Shown here: piece after piece, positions 9,410-19,610 of the stretch | Numbering within the stretch: position 1 is the stretch's first letter | Layout of the letters: every line of letters begins with the position of its first letter | From: Candidatus Bathyarchaeota archaeon | GTDB lineage: Archaea > Thermoproteota > Bathyarchaeia > 40CM-2-53-6 | DNA: 64,000 nucleotides | Assembly: GCA_963733055.1 (NCBI GenBank) | Contig: CAVTBR010000003.1 | Span: 448,001-512,000, forward strand | Direction: 5' to 3' | Translations under genes and position numbers: made by a program | Notes under the pieces: generated by a model | What the model saw: only the letters and a program-made list of their open reading frames with translations | What the model was told of the DNA's origin: nothing | Databases searched by the model: none

Positions 9410-9478
9410 CCATAATCCGCAACCCCGTATATAACCAGTACGTAAGCTGCCGTCATCTTACCGCCGCGGGCAAAACAA

Positions 9479-10906
9479 TTAGGACAGTTTGTCCTTGTCG
9501 AGCATCAACTCTGAGTCGGAATGCTCATGCCCATTCATTCTCTTGATCATGAGGAATCGTTTGGGCTTCCCTCCCACTTCTTTCTCGTGGATTTCTATGA
9601 TACCATCGAACACGCCGGTAAGCGTCTGTTTCTCCTCATTGGAGGCTACGAGTGGGTTGAGAAAGGCGATCACTGTGAAATCCTCGGCCTTGCGTTTTGC
9701 GAGAAAGTCTGAAAACCACTTTCCTGCCGTAACTCCCTTGTCAACCAGAAACATGTGAGAGTAGGTGAGAAGGTCGACTATGAGCAATCTGTTCTTTCCC
9801 CGAGTTGCGCGTCTATCCAAGATCTTTGCAAATGCTCCGTCCAAGTCGGTAGGACTGTCAATGTTGGAGATTTGATACAAGTTTGCGGGTGGGGACGGTA
9901 TCTTCGATGCTTCTGGAGTGAACGCATAGAAATTCCTGCCATACGTTTTCGCCATTTCCTGAATTTTGGCGAGATCATTCGACAAATAGAATGTCGGTAT
10001 CTCGGCGGATAGGACGGACTGGATGATCTTCCGCAACAGTAGATCTCTTTCTTCACACCGCGGAGAGAGCAGAAGGATTGAGGATGTTTTTGGTAGGCCT
10101 CCCCCCAACATGCCGTCGAGGTCGCGATATCCAGTTGAAAGCACATTTGCAGGAGGTTGAGGGGGTTGTTCTAACGGTTCAGCTTTTGGAGGCGGCGTCG
10201 GTTTCACAGTGACCATTCTGTGCCCTGTTCTTTTTCTTCTCGTAAAGAGTACAAACGACGCTGAGATAGCAATTACGATCGCTAAGGCGATTGCCGCTAC
10301 AGTTCCGAACCCAGCCGACGCGTTTACTGAACTGGGTTGTGAAGTCGCCGAAGGTGAGCTGGATGTGCTGGAGGTCGAGAGGATAATCGTTGTTGCGGTT
10401 GTGCTGGAAAGCGTCTTTACGCTACTCAATGTTGCTGAGCTGGTTGTCCTATTGATCAAAGTTATTGAAGCTGGAAAACTGAGTTCAATACTTGCATAAC
10501 CTGATGGAACGCTTGTAGGGCCGCTGACGATGTAAACGAAGAAATAGGTTCCGCTGGCCGGGAAAGGAAGGGACTGATATGGGTTACCGTAGCCCACTAA
10601 GTTTCCAAACAGTAGGGGCCTTGCGGATGATGAGAGATGACAATTCTGGATTGAGTTCAACTCATCCTGGGTGATAATATAGAAATTGAATGGTGCGTCG
10701 GATCCGTAAGTCCCCGCTATCGTATCGCCCTTCATTGCTGAGAACGCTAGCGAACGGATTGTACACTGCCCCGAACTCACGGGTTGCGTAATGGTCATCG
10801 TGGTTGTTGTTGTACCGGATGATTGGCTGTTCGCATATGGGACTGAGAGGACCGAGAGCCAGAAAGCCGCAATCAGAAGGCTAGTAACAAGAATTCGGAG
10901 ATTCAT
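9479..10906 (-). CDS. Single-pass membrane protein: extracellular beta domain, S/T linker, TM, cytoplasmic inactive KaiC/RAD55-like ATPase domain
   Basis: Signal peptide, TM followed by RRKR, then LSTGYRDLDGMLGGGLP...LLLSPRCEERDLL (P-loop degenerate)...FDGIIEI..KRFLMIKRM. Confidence 0.8.
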   Translation of the reverse strand: MNLRILVTSLLIAAFWLSVLSVPYANSQSSGTTTTTMTITQPVSSGQCTIRSLAFSAMKGDTIAGTYGSDAPFNFYIITQDELNSIQNCHLSSSARPLLFGNLVGYGNPYQSLPFPASGTYFFVYIVSGPTSVPSGYASIELSFPASITLINRTTSSATLSSVKTLSSTTATTIILSTSSTSSSPSATSQPSSVNASAGFGTVAAIALAIVIAISASFVLFTRRKRTGHRMVTVKPTPPPKAEPLEQPPQPPANVLSTGYRDLDGMLGGGLPKTSSILLLSPRCEERDLLLRKIIQSVLSAEIPTFYLSNDLAKIQEMAKTYGRNFYAFTPEASKIPSPPANLYQISNIDSPTDLDGAFAKILDRRATRGKNRLLIVDLLTYSHMFLVDKGVTAGKWFSDFLAKRKAEDFTVIAFLNPLVASNEEKQTLTGVFDGIIEIHEKEVGGKPKRFLMIKRMNGHEHSDSELMLDKDKLS

Positions 10907-11196
10907 CCGAATGTCAAGACGAGCATATCGTTGTAGGCTAATAAGGATTAAATTCAATCAGCGAAAGTTTCAACCTGAAGGCATCTGCCGCCACCATATA
11001 CAAAACTGCTTGAAAGAATCGAGCACCATGAAATTGGTTTCGATTGATTCTCAGGCCACACACTCCTAACAATGTTACTGAATGTTTTGGCATTACCAAA
11101 ATGTTCAATCGCGGAATTTTCTCACGGCAATGCTTAATATGCCGTTGAGTGTGGGAGCACGAAAGCAACTCGTAAGTTGGAGTCAAGGAAGGATGA

Positions 11197-11493
11197 TTGA
11201 ACTTGGCACGTCTTCTGGCTTTTGTAGACATTTTTGTCGAGTCGCCTGCCTTGGACGACGTCGTCAAAGCCCTTAACCAGTTTCCTAACGTAGAAGAAAT
11301 CTACGAGGTAACCGGCGAATTCGACGTTGTCACGCTCGTTTCAGCGGCTGACATAGAAGAATTCCGTGATTTTCTCAAGAACAAGCTGTTGAAGATAAAG
11401 GGCATAAAAAGCACGGTGACCTCAATCGTATTGAACGCACCGAAAGGGCACAGGAACGGCCATTCAGCTGTAGCACTACCGTCGCAACAGTAA
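11197..11493 (+). CDS. Stand-alone Lrp/AsnC ligand-binding (RAM) domain protein
   Basis: VEEIYEVTGEFDVV...KIKGIKSTVTSIVL; no HTH. Confidence 0.85.
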   Translation: MNLARLLAFVDIFVESPALDDVVKALNQFPNVEEIYEVTGEFDVVTLVSAADIEEFRDFLKNKLLKIKGIKSTVTSIVLNAPKGHRNGHSAVALPSQQ

Positions 11494-11565
11494 CGACTAA
11501 CCCCGTTTCTCGAGGCAGGCTTCTCTGATACATACTAAGAATTATGACTAGGGGCTTGAGCTAAT

Positions 11566-13222
11566 TTGATTGACCTCATTCAAGCCACAACCGTATTCCT
11601 AATCCTAGGCGCCGCGATCGCGCTGGGACGACTTATAGCACCTTATGTCACAAAGGTCTTCGCTCGCTCACCGAGTCGACTCGACCGATTCCTAAACCCC
11701 ATCGAAAACACAATCTACAGACTCTCGGGCGTGAATCCGAATCGCTCAATGAACTGGAAAGAATATTTTCTCTCGCTCATGTTCCTCAATATCATGCAAA
11801 TGGCTCTTGCGTTCTTCATATTCATGTTTCAAGACAGACTCCCGCTAAACCCGCAAGGGTTTCCGGGACTGAACTGGGATCTAGCTTTCATGCAAGTCAT
11901 CTCTTTTGCAACAAATACGAACCTTCAACATTACAACGGTGAAACCACTCTCTCATATCTTAGTCAAATGAGTGCAGTACAATTTCTCCAATTCACTTCA
12001 GCCGCTTCAGGCATTTGCGCTGCCGTCGTGTTTGTGAGGGCTTTTGTTGTTGGCTCGAAAGACTTTGGCAACTTCTACGTCGACTTCATTAGATCTCTGA
12101 CAAGAGTTCTTTTCCCGTTCTGCTTAATCGCGGCGCTGATTTTTGTCTGGCTCGGCACCCCCCAAACGCTTAGCGGATATACTTCGGTTAAGACTGTGGA
12201 GGGCGCAACACAGCTGATCCTTGTAGGCCCAGTCGCGTCCCTGGTCTCCATCATGCAGATTGGGACTAACGGCGGCGGGTACTACGGCGCCAACTCCGCC
12301 TATCCCTTTCAAAACCCGAACCCTGCCACCGACGTCATTCAGATTCTTCTAATGCTCCTCATGCCTACAGTCATGTGCTTTGTATTTGGAGAAATGCTTG
12401 GGAAGAGGAAGGAAACCCGACCAATTCTTTGGGGCTCCTACGGACTCTTCGTACTCGACCTAACCATTGCCTTCGTACCGAACCCACTCTTCGGCCCAGG
12501 GATGGAGGCGAGGTTCGGGGGATTCTTCTCAGTATTTTGGACGGTAGTAACTACTGCGGTAACGACGGGGTCGGTGAAACGCGTCACTTCTCGCGGTGCA
12601 CCCGCTAGTCATTCTCGCCGGGTTCATAGGGATGCTAATTCAGTCCACACCGGGCGGGAAGGGGGTAGGATTGATGTACATGGTAATGTATGTGGTCATC
12701 ACCGTATTCATCGTTGGACTCATGTCTGGCAGGACCCCCGAATATCTCGGCATGAAGATTACCGGAAGAGATGTCCTTCTAGTGATGGTGACATTCCTCA
12801 TTCATCCAATAATCATTCTAGTACCGACTGTTCTAGCGTATGCAACGGGAGCGGCAAACGCGATAGGCTTGAGTGGAAATTCGCTCGGGTTCACCCAGGT
12901 TCTTTACGAGTTCACTACGGCTGCGGCGAATAACGGCTCCGACTTCCTCGGCGCCTCAGCAAACACGTTATTCTTCAACCTCTCAACCGGGATCGTAATG
13001 TTTCTGGGTCGATTCGCTCCAATTGGTTTACTGTTTGCCCTTGCTGGCTCGATGATCGGAAGGAAGAGGCATGTGGAGATCGGCCTGAGAACCGACACCG
13101 TAATCTTCGCGGTCGTCCTGATCGGAAGCATAGTGATTCTTGTCGCTTTGACATTCTTTCCATTTCTTGCATTGGGTCCAATCCTGGCCTGGTTCCAGGG
13201 CCACATGAGTGGGTACGGGTAA
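11566..13222 (+). CDS. kdpA: K+-transporting ATPase subunit A; +1 frameshift at 12577-12579
   Basis: SFATNTNLQHY, GTNGGGYYGANSAYPFQNP, TTGSV(N), GRTPEYLG, AANNGS, RFAPI. Removing one A restores TTGSVNASL. Confidence 0.93.
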
Positions 13223-13241
13223 AGATGGCGCTGGTGATTGA

Positions 13242-15374
13242 ATGAGGTCTGATAATTACAAACCCTCTCTGCTCAGCAGTCTATCAAGTAAGACACTATT
13301 CGACTCCCTCGTGCGCCTAAACCCGGTACATCTGCTTTCAAACCCCGTCATGTTCATCGTCGAAGTTACGTTCTTCATTGTGACCGCCATGGCGATTTAT
13401 CCGCAGGGGTTCCTGCCCGTAGCCAACCCCAACGAGACAACCTTCTACGTAGAGGTCGCCATCATCCTTCTAGTCACTGTTTGGTTCAGTACGCTCTCAG
13501 ATTCCCTTGCGGAGACACAGGCGAAGAATACTGCAAGCAGCTTGAGGAAACTGGAGAAGGAAGTCGCCGCCAAGAAAATTCAATCGGAGAGTGGAAAACG
13601 TACAATCGTTCTCACCCCCTCTACTAAGCTTCGCCAAGGAGACCAAATCCTGCTCGAGAAGGGAGACATGATCCCCATCGACGCCGAAGTACTCGAAGGG
13701 ATTGCAATGGTAGATGAATCCCTCCTCACCGGTGAGTCTACTCCGGTTAGGAAAGCTGCCACCGACCCGTTGATTGGAGGTTCAAAATTGATCAGCGACA
13801 CCCTCACCGCCAGAGTGACGGTGAACCCTGAGGACAGTTACATCAATCAGATGATTCGGATGGTGGAGGCCTCTAAGAGGCCGAAGACTCCGAACGAACA
13901 AGCGGTCGTAATCGTTCTGATCTCCCTGACGGCGATATTTACCATCATCATTTTGGCGCTCCTAGGAATCACCGTCGTTCTGAATTTAGGAGCAGACCTC
14001 TCCGTTCTGATCGCACTCTACGTCTGCCTACTGCCCACAACCATCGGAGCACTACTACCCGCCATAGGCCTTTCCGGCATGTCTCGACTTTATGGCAGGA
14101 AAATTGTTGCAAAGTCGGGTAGAGCCATCGAAACCGCCGGAGACACGGACACAATCCTCCTCGACAAGACCGGCACGATAACCGTCGGAAGCAGACAGGC
14201 AATTGAATTCATACCCTTTGGAAATCGCACCGAAATTGAAGTCGGAGAAGCAGCATTCCTCTCATCCTGGCACGACGACACGCCGGAGGGCCGCAGCATA
14301 ATCAGATTGGCCTACAACCGCGGACTGATACCGAAAGAGTTGAACGCCCTAGCACTCTCCGAAAACTACGAGTTTTCCGCAACTACTCGAACAAGCGGTG
14401 TGAAGTTCACAACCGGATCAGGCTTTATGTTGCCCAAGGCTGGTAGCGGCTACGAGCGGAGTAGATTCAGGCGTAAGTTCACCGATTCGTTGGATAGCTC
14501 TGTGGAGGGGGGTGAGATTGAGATCATTAAGGGGGCGCCGGATGCTATCAAGAAGATCGTACGGGAATACCCAGATGATTTCAGCCAAATCGTTGACAAG
14601 ATTTCGGCCGAAGGCGACAGCCCGGTCGCAATCAGCCGAAACCGCGAAGTAATCGGGATAATTCGCCTAAGGGACATTTTGAAGGAAGGCATCAAGGAGA
14701 AGATTCGAGACGTCAAGGCAATGGGCATCCGGCCAGTCATGATTACCGGAGACCAACCCCTCACCGCGAAAAGTATAGCCTCCGAAGTCGGAATCGATGA
14801 GTACGTTCCTCAGGCGAAACCTGAAGACAAGCACGAAATAGTTCTCAAAGAGCAGGCGAACAGTCGGATCGTGGCCATGATCGGCGACGGAACTAATGAT
14901 GCACCGGCGTTGGCAGTCGCGGACGTTGGACTCGCCATGAACTCGGGGACTCAGGCGGCTAAGGAAGCTGCGAACATGGTTGACCTAGAGTCGAACCCCT
15001 CGAAGATTATTGAGGTAGTTATGCTCGGGAAGCAACTGTTGATGACTCGGGGAGCGATAACAACTTTCAGCATTGCAAATGACGTAGCTAAGTATTTCGC
15101 AATAGTTCCAGTGATGTTTGCGGTCGTCCCGGAACTCTTTGCTCTGAACGTCCTTGGACTTGGGCTTCACACTGCGGTGCTCTCAGCTTTGATTTTCAAC
15201 GCCATAATAATCCCGCTCCTAATCCCGCTAGCCATGAAGGGCGTTTCGTTCAAGCCAACGGATACTATGACGCTATTCTTGAAGAACACTATGATCTATG
15301 GGGTGGGAGGGGTTATCGTTCCCTTCGTCGGAATCAAACTCATCGACATACTCTTAGTCGCAATTCACATGTAG
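13242..15374 (+). CDS. kdpB: K+-transporting P-type ATPase subunit B
   Basis: NPVMFIVE, LTGES, CLLPTTIG, DKTGT, KGAPD, GDGTNDAPALA, SIANDVAKYF. Confidence 0.97.
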   Translation: MRSDNYKPSLLSSLSSKTLFDSLVRLNPVHLLSNPVMFIVEVTFFIVTAMAIYPQGFLPVANPNETTFYVEVAIILLVTVWFSTLSDSLAETQAKNTASSLRKLEKEVAAKKIQSESGKRTIVLTPSTKLRQGDQILLEKGDMIPIDAEVLEGIAMVDESLLTGESTPVRKAATDPLIGGSKLISDTLTARVTVNPEDSYINQMIRMVEASKRPKTPNEQAVVIVLISLTAIFTIIILALLGITVVLNLGADLSVLIALYVCLLPTTIGALLPAIGLSGMSRLYGRKIVAKSGRAIETAGDTDTILLDKTGTITVGSRQAIEFIPFGNRTEIEVGEAAFLSSWHDDTPEGRSIIRLAYNRGLIPKELNALALSENYEFSATTRTSGVKFTTGSGFMLPKAGSGYERSRFRRKFTDSLDSSVEGGEIEIIKGAPDAIKKIVREYPDDFSQIVDKISAEGDSPVAISRNREVIGIIRLRDILKEGIKEKIRDVKAMGIRPVMITGDQPLTAKSIASEVGIDEYVPQAKPEDKHEIVLKEQANSRIVAMIGDGTNDAPALAVADVGLAMNSGTQAAKEAANMVDLESNPSKIIEVVMLGKQLLMTRGAITTFSIANDVAKYFAIVPVMFAVVPELFALNVLGLGLHTAVLSALIFNAIIIPLLIPLAMKGVSFKPTDTMTLFLKNTMIYGVGGVIVPFVGIKLIDILLVAIHM

Positions 15375-15385
15375 GAGGATTAGCA

Positions 15386-15823
15386 TTGAAGAAAGACATC
15401 TATTTGCCGCTAGTCAGCATGGCGATAATCTCACTAATACTGTGCGGGCTAGTGTTTCCTGTCGTGGTAACTGGGCTCGCACAGGTTCTGATGCCCTACC
15501 AAGCAAACGGGGAGCTAGTGCAGTTCAAAGGTCGAAACGTCGGTTCGATTCTGGTTGCAGAAACCTTCAACTCATCCATGTTCTTCCACCCCTGGAACGC
15601 CTCAGCATCCGGAGCTGACCCAGATATCACCCTTCAGAATGCGTATTCTCAGATCCCAAGAATTCAAGCATCAACAGGCATATCCGCGAATGCGCTCAAG
15701 CAAATTGTGGATGCCAATATCGAATGGACGCTGTGGGTGACAGGCGACCCATATGTAAACGTCCTCAAACTCAACCTCATTCTCATTCAACAATACCCAT
15801 CGATCTATAGCTCCTACAGCTAA
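15386..15823 (+). CDS. kdpC: K+-transporting ATPase subunit C (short form)
   Basis: PYQANG, SASGADPDIT, YVNVLKLN; follows kdpB. Confidence 0.9.
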   Translation: MKKDIYLPLVSMAIISLILCGLVFPVVVTGLAQVLMPYQANGELVQFKGRNVGSILVAETFNSSMFFHPWNASASGADPDITLQNAYSQIPRIQASTGISANALKQIVDANIEWTLWVTGDPYVNVLKLNLILIQQYPSIYSSYS

Positions 15824-15838
15824 TATCCAACTACCAGG

Positions 15839-17320
15839 ATGACCGGGTTGAGCAGAAAGATTTCGCTTCGCCGACAGCTCAACACGTTTGATACGACAAG
15901 CCTCGTGGTGGGGTCCGCAATCGGTGCGGACATCTTCGTAATACCCGCTCTTATCGCCCAAATCATAGGACCTGTTTCAATCCTCATCTGGTTCGCCGGC
16001 GCCATTATCGCGATCGCCATCGCCCTTTGCTTCGCGTATTGCGCGACCATTCTACCGAGAGTCGGCGGTTCGTATGCTTATGCTACGAAAGTTGCAGGAC
16101 CTTTCCCCGGCTTCATGGTAGGATGGGCACTCTTATTGGCGGAATGGTTCTCGCTCGCAGTCTTCCCGGTTGCCTTCGTTCAATATTTTCTAATCTTGGT
16201 CCCCAATCTCTCTCCCATGTACCAAATATTGCTGAAAGCAGCGTTCACGATTACGATTGTTCTGACAAACATCTACGGCGTCAAAACGGCGGGGCGATTC
16301 AATGACGTGCTTACCGTTGCCAAATTGGGACCACTCTTCTTCTTAATCTGCCTGGGGATAGCATTTGCTGCCTTACGACCGAACCTCGCCGTCTCTCACT
16401 TTCAACCGTTCTTTAATGGAGATTTTTCCGGAGCAGGGCAAGCACTAGTGCTGATCATTTGGGCTTATGCAGGTTTCGAACTCTCGACACTCCCAGCCGA
16501 CGAAATCGAGGATCCTAAGAAGACATTGCCTAAGGCTTTGTTTCTCGGCATGTTGATTGTTGCGGCATTCTACATAATCACTAGCGCCGCCGTGATGGCT
16601 GTCGTGGATCAGAAAACTCTAGGCGCGTCGACCGCTCCTCTAAGCCTCGCCGCGGCCAAGGCTCTTAGCTTTTCTCCTACCCTCGCGTTAATCGGGGGTT
16701 TGATACTCACCTTTGGCGCTTTAGCATCGATTCTCGGTGTGGACGAGTCGGGAGCGATAGGAACGTCTAGGCTGGCTTTCGCCATGTCACTGGACGGCAT
16801 GTTACCGCGAGCGTTTAGCAAACTACACCCAACGACCAAAACCCCCTACATTAGCATAATCGTTCTCTGTTCAACAGCCTTTATCGCGAGTCTCACAAAC
16901 AGCTTATCCGCTCTGATCAACGCGGCAGTCTTTCTCGTTTCCTTCGTTTACTTCGCGACATGTGTTTCAGCGTACTTCCTTGAAAAGAAGCATGCTGCGA
17001 AGGCGAGCAGTTCACTCGTCAATAGGCTCGTGATAGTTTTTGGTGTCGGATTTTCGGTGCTTCTTATGACCCAGGTGAACGCGCAGCAAGTGCTAATTTC
17101 CATAATACTGTTGGCTGTTGGTCTTCCGGTCTACAGATTCTTCGCGCCCAAGAAGGATATTACTGATCTTAAGCGTGAATACTTGTCCAGACAGGCGATT
17201 CTTGAACGGGCGTACCATCAAGGAAGGGTCTACTTAGCCAACGTCGTATACCACCTGAAGTTGCGGATCTACAGAGCGAAACGGATCCAACCAGCTTGGA
17301 AAGTCGAACAAACTAAGTAA
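15839..17320 (+). CDS. APC-family amino acid permease
   Basis: GSAIGADIF, PRVGGSYAY, WAYAGFE, SRLAFAMSLDGMLP; about 12 TM. Confidence 0.9.
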   Translation: MTGLSRKISLRRQLNTFDTTSLVVGSAIGADIFVIPALIAQIIGPVSILIWFAGAIIAIAIALCFAYCATILPRVGGSYAYATKVAGPFPGFMVGWALLLAEWFSLAVFPVAFVQYFLILVPNLSPMYQILLKAAFTITIVLTNIYGVKTAGRFNDVLTVAKLGPLFFLICLGIAFAALRPNLAVSHFQPFFNGDFSGAGQALVLIIWAYAGFELSTLPADEIEDPKKTLPKALFLGMLIVAAFYIITSAAVMAVVDQKTLGASTAPLSLAAAKALSFSPTLALIGGLILTFGALASILGVDESGAIGTSRLAFAMSLDGMLPRAFSKLHPTTKTPYISIIVLCSTAFIASLTNSLSALINAAVFLVSFVYFATCVSAYFLEKKHAAKASSSLVNRLVIVFGVGFSVLLMTQVNAQQVLISIILLAVGLPVYRFFAPKKDITDLKREYLSRQAILERAYHQGRVYLANVVYHLKLRIYRAKRIQPAWKVEQTK

Positions 17321-17388
17321 ATTGATTTCAGAAAATCCCAAGACAACTACACTACTCTAGAATAAACGAGATTCGCGCCGGGTCGTTC

Positions 17389-17775
17389 CTACTTTAGCCC
17401 GACCTTTGTTGCATACTTGGCAATGAAGAAGATCACGACCACGACTATCATGAAGTTGATGATTACGCCCACAAAATCTCCTAGAGCGAAATGCATACCA
17501 TTACCGATCGGAATAGATACTATCGCTTTGCGCCAATCGCCGCCGGGCACGAACGCCCCTGGGACAGGCATTATAATGTCTTGAACTAGAGCCGACACCA
17601 CCTGCCCGACATAAGAACCCATAATGAAGCCCACCGCCAATCCCAGTACCCCAGCTTTTCCAAGGAACGCGAAGAATTCCGCCTTCAAGCCCTTCGGAGG
17701 GGTTGGGGGAGGCGCTGGTGTTAGAAGTTCTCGGATCTTCCTGAGTTCCGCTAGGATCTCATCGTTACTGCTCAT
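17389..17775 (-). CDS. mscL: Large-conductance mechanosensitive channel MscL
   Basis: EFFAFL, VLGLAVGFIMG, VSALVQDIIMP, GDFVGVIINFMIV. Confidence 0.9.
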   Translation of the reverse strand: MSSNDEILAELRKIRELLTPAPPPTPPKGLKAEFFAFLGKAGVLGLAVGFIMGSYVGQVVSALVQDIIMPVPGAFVPGGDWRKAIVSIPIGNGMHFALGDFVGVIINFMIVVVVIFFIAKYATKVGLK

Positions 17776-17848
17776 AGTGAGTCGGTGTATTCGAGCGTTT
17801 ACGTGCTAATGAAACTTTAGACCCGATAGGGACCAGCCATGCCTAGAC

Positions 17849-18496
17849 CTAACGCGCGATTTTGAAGTTGAAATTCGGACTCTGAAAGAGGCCCATAAGC
17901 CTTAGCCACAACGGGAGAACCATCTCTGTTCCCCTCGCGGCGGTTATATCGCCTAGGTCGATTATGGATTTCCACCCAAATGATTTCAGAATCTCCTTCA
18001 CTTTGTCCTTAGCCTGCGCATCGTTTCCGCACACAAACACCTCATGCTCGCCCCGGACCAGAGTCGGCTCAACCATAACTATACAGTTCATTGTGTTCAA
18101 CGTCTTCACAACTCTAACGCTCGGAAACGTGCGTTGTATCTGTTCGCCCAGCGAATCGTTGTTACAGACAGTTAGGGTCGGGGGCATTCCTTTCGAGAAG
18201 TCAAGCGGGTTCGCAACATCAATCAAAACTTTCCCCTTTAGATTGCTCGCGCCCGCGGCCGTCAGAGCCGCCAACGATGCTGTTCCAGCGGTGCAGTTGA
18301 AGATAACCTCACCAAACTTCGCAGTGTCATCAAAAGTTCCTTGAGATGCGTTTGATCCGTTCCCTTTTACCCACTCTGCAGCCTTCTCGTTGTTCGCCGA
18401 ACGAGATCCCATTCTGACCTCGTGGCCTACTTGAATGAGTTTTGTTCCAAGGGTCGCTCCGACTATCCCGGTCCCCAAAATTCCAATCTTCAACAA
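17849..18496 (-). CDS. NADP oxidoreductase, F420_oxidored (Fno/NpdG-like) family
   Basis: KIGILGTGIVG, GSR, LIDVANPL, RVVKTLNT, CGNDAQAK, DLGDITAARGTE. Confidence 0.85.
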   Translation of the reverse strand: MLKIGILGTGIVGATLGTKLIQVGHEVRMGSRSANNEKAAEWVKGNGSNASQGTFDDTAKFGEVIFNCTAGTASLAALTAAGASNLKGKVLIDVANPLDFSKGMPPTLTVCNNDSLGEQIQRTFPSVRVVKTLNTMNCIVMVEPTLVRGEHEVFVCGNDAQAKDKVKEILKSFGWKSIIDLGDITAARGTEMVLPLWLRLMGLFQSPNFNFKIAR

Positions 18497-18603
18497 TCCA
18501 ACCTCAAGAAGAAACCAACTATTGTAGCATATTTATTGACTAGCTCACGGAATGGCTCGGGCTTTTTAGTACTGAGAGCGCCTCATTAGACGAGGCGACT
18601 AGT

Positions 18604-18975
18604 TTGGATCCACACGATTTAGAGCCACTAAAGAAGGAACAATTCGCGTACCTGACCACGCTCGGAAGAAAATCAGGGAAACCGCATACAGTTGAATTGT
18701 GGTTCGCACTGGCAGACGGCAAGATTTACCTCAGCCATGAAGGCGCGACCACAGACTGGATGAGAAACATAGCCAGCAACCGTCGAGTCAGTATACGGGT
18801 CGGGGGTGCAAATGTAGAGGCTGACGCCCAAATACCCACTGAAGCTATCGCGATCAAGGCCGGCCAAAAGGCATTATACGAGAAATACTACGGCCCGGCA
18901 TCCGAAGCCACAATAGACGATTGGTTCGAACTCTCAAAAATCATTGAACTCACCCCTGTGAAGACAACCTCTTAA
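18604..18975 (+). CDS. Deazaflavin-dependent nitroreductase / PNPOx-like split-barrel protein
   Basis: YLTTLGRKSGKPH, DWMRNI. Confidence 0.8.
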   Translation: MDPHDLEPLKKEQFAYLTTLGRKSGKPHTVELWFALADGKIYLSHEGATTDWMRNIASNRRVSIRVGGANVEADAQIPTEAIAIKAGQKALYEKYYGPASEATIDDWFELSKIIELTPVKTTS

Positions 18976-19010
18976 TCTGAGCCCCATGCGAGCTTCAGGC
19001 GCTGTATTCA

Positions 19011-19592
19011 ATGATTCATCTCCCCTCAAATACCGCACTCATTATTGTTGATGTGCAAAAGGGGTTTGACGACCCGAAGTGGGGAAGAAGAAACAACCCT
19101 GAAGCAGAATCTAACATCCGGAAGCTATTGGACACTTGGAGAGGATCGCATATGCCCGTGTTTCACATCCAACACTGCTCCCAAGAGGCAGGTTCACCTC
19201 TTAGACCAGGTACACCCGGGAATGAAATCAAAGAAATTTTAGCACCTTCAAATGGAGAGCCGATCGTTACGAAGAGAGTGAATAGCGCTTTCATCGGCAC
19301 TGATCTAGAGCTTCAATTGAAGCGGAAGAACATTGGGACACTGGTGCTAGTTGGCCTAACCACCGATCATTGCGTCTCAACGACAGCGCGGATGGCCGGG
19401 AACATGGGCTTCGAAGTCTACGCAGTGTCCGACGCGACCGCCACATTCGACCGCGTAGGACCAGACGGGAAATCCTACAAGGCTGAGGAAATTCACGCCG
19501 TGAACCTCGCTAGCCTGCATAACGAATTCGCAACAATCGTAGACACCAAGAACCTACTCAATAGCTTGGTGCCGATACCTAAGCGACAGTGA
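19011..19592 (+). CDS. Isochorismatase-family cysteine hydrolase
   Basis: ALIIVDVQKGF, K..NSAF, GLTTDHCVSTTAR, SDATATF. Confidence 0.9.
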   Translation: MIHLPSNTALIIVDVQKGFDDPKWGRRNNPEAESNIRKLLDTWRGSHMPVFHIQHCSQEAGSPLRPGTPGNEIKEILAPSNGEPIVTKRVNSAFIGTDLELQLKRKNIGTLVLVGLTTDHCVSTTARMAGNMGFEVYAVSDATATFDRVGPDGKSYKAEEIHAVNLASLHNEFATIVDTKNLLNSLVPIPKRQ

Positions 19593-19610
19593 GACCGGCT
19601 CGAAGAACAT

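Noticed and set aside
9479-10906. Circadian KaiC or RadA recombinase
   Set aside because: Single domain, no functional P-loop, membrane-anchored, no kaiA/kaiB nearby.
12560-12600. Programmed frameshift or pseudogenisation of kdpA (and the other split genes)
   Set aside because: No slippery heptamer or evident stimulator; the same +1 pattern appears in many unrelated genes with no other decay.
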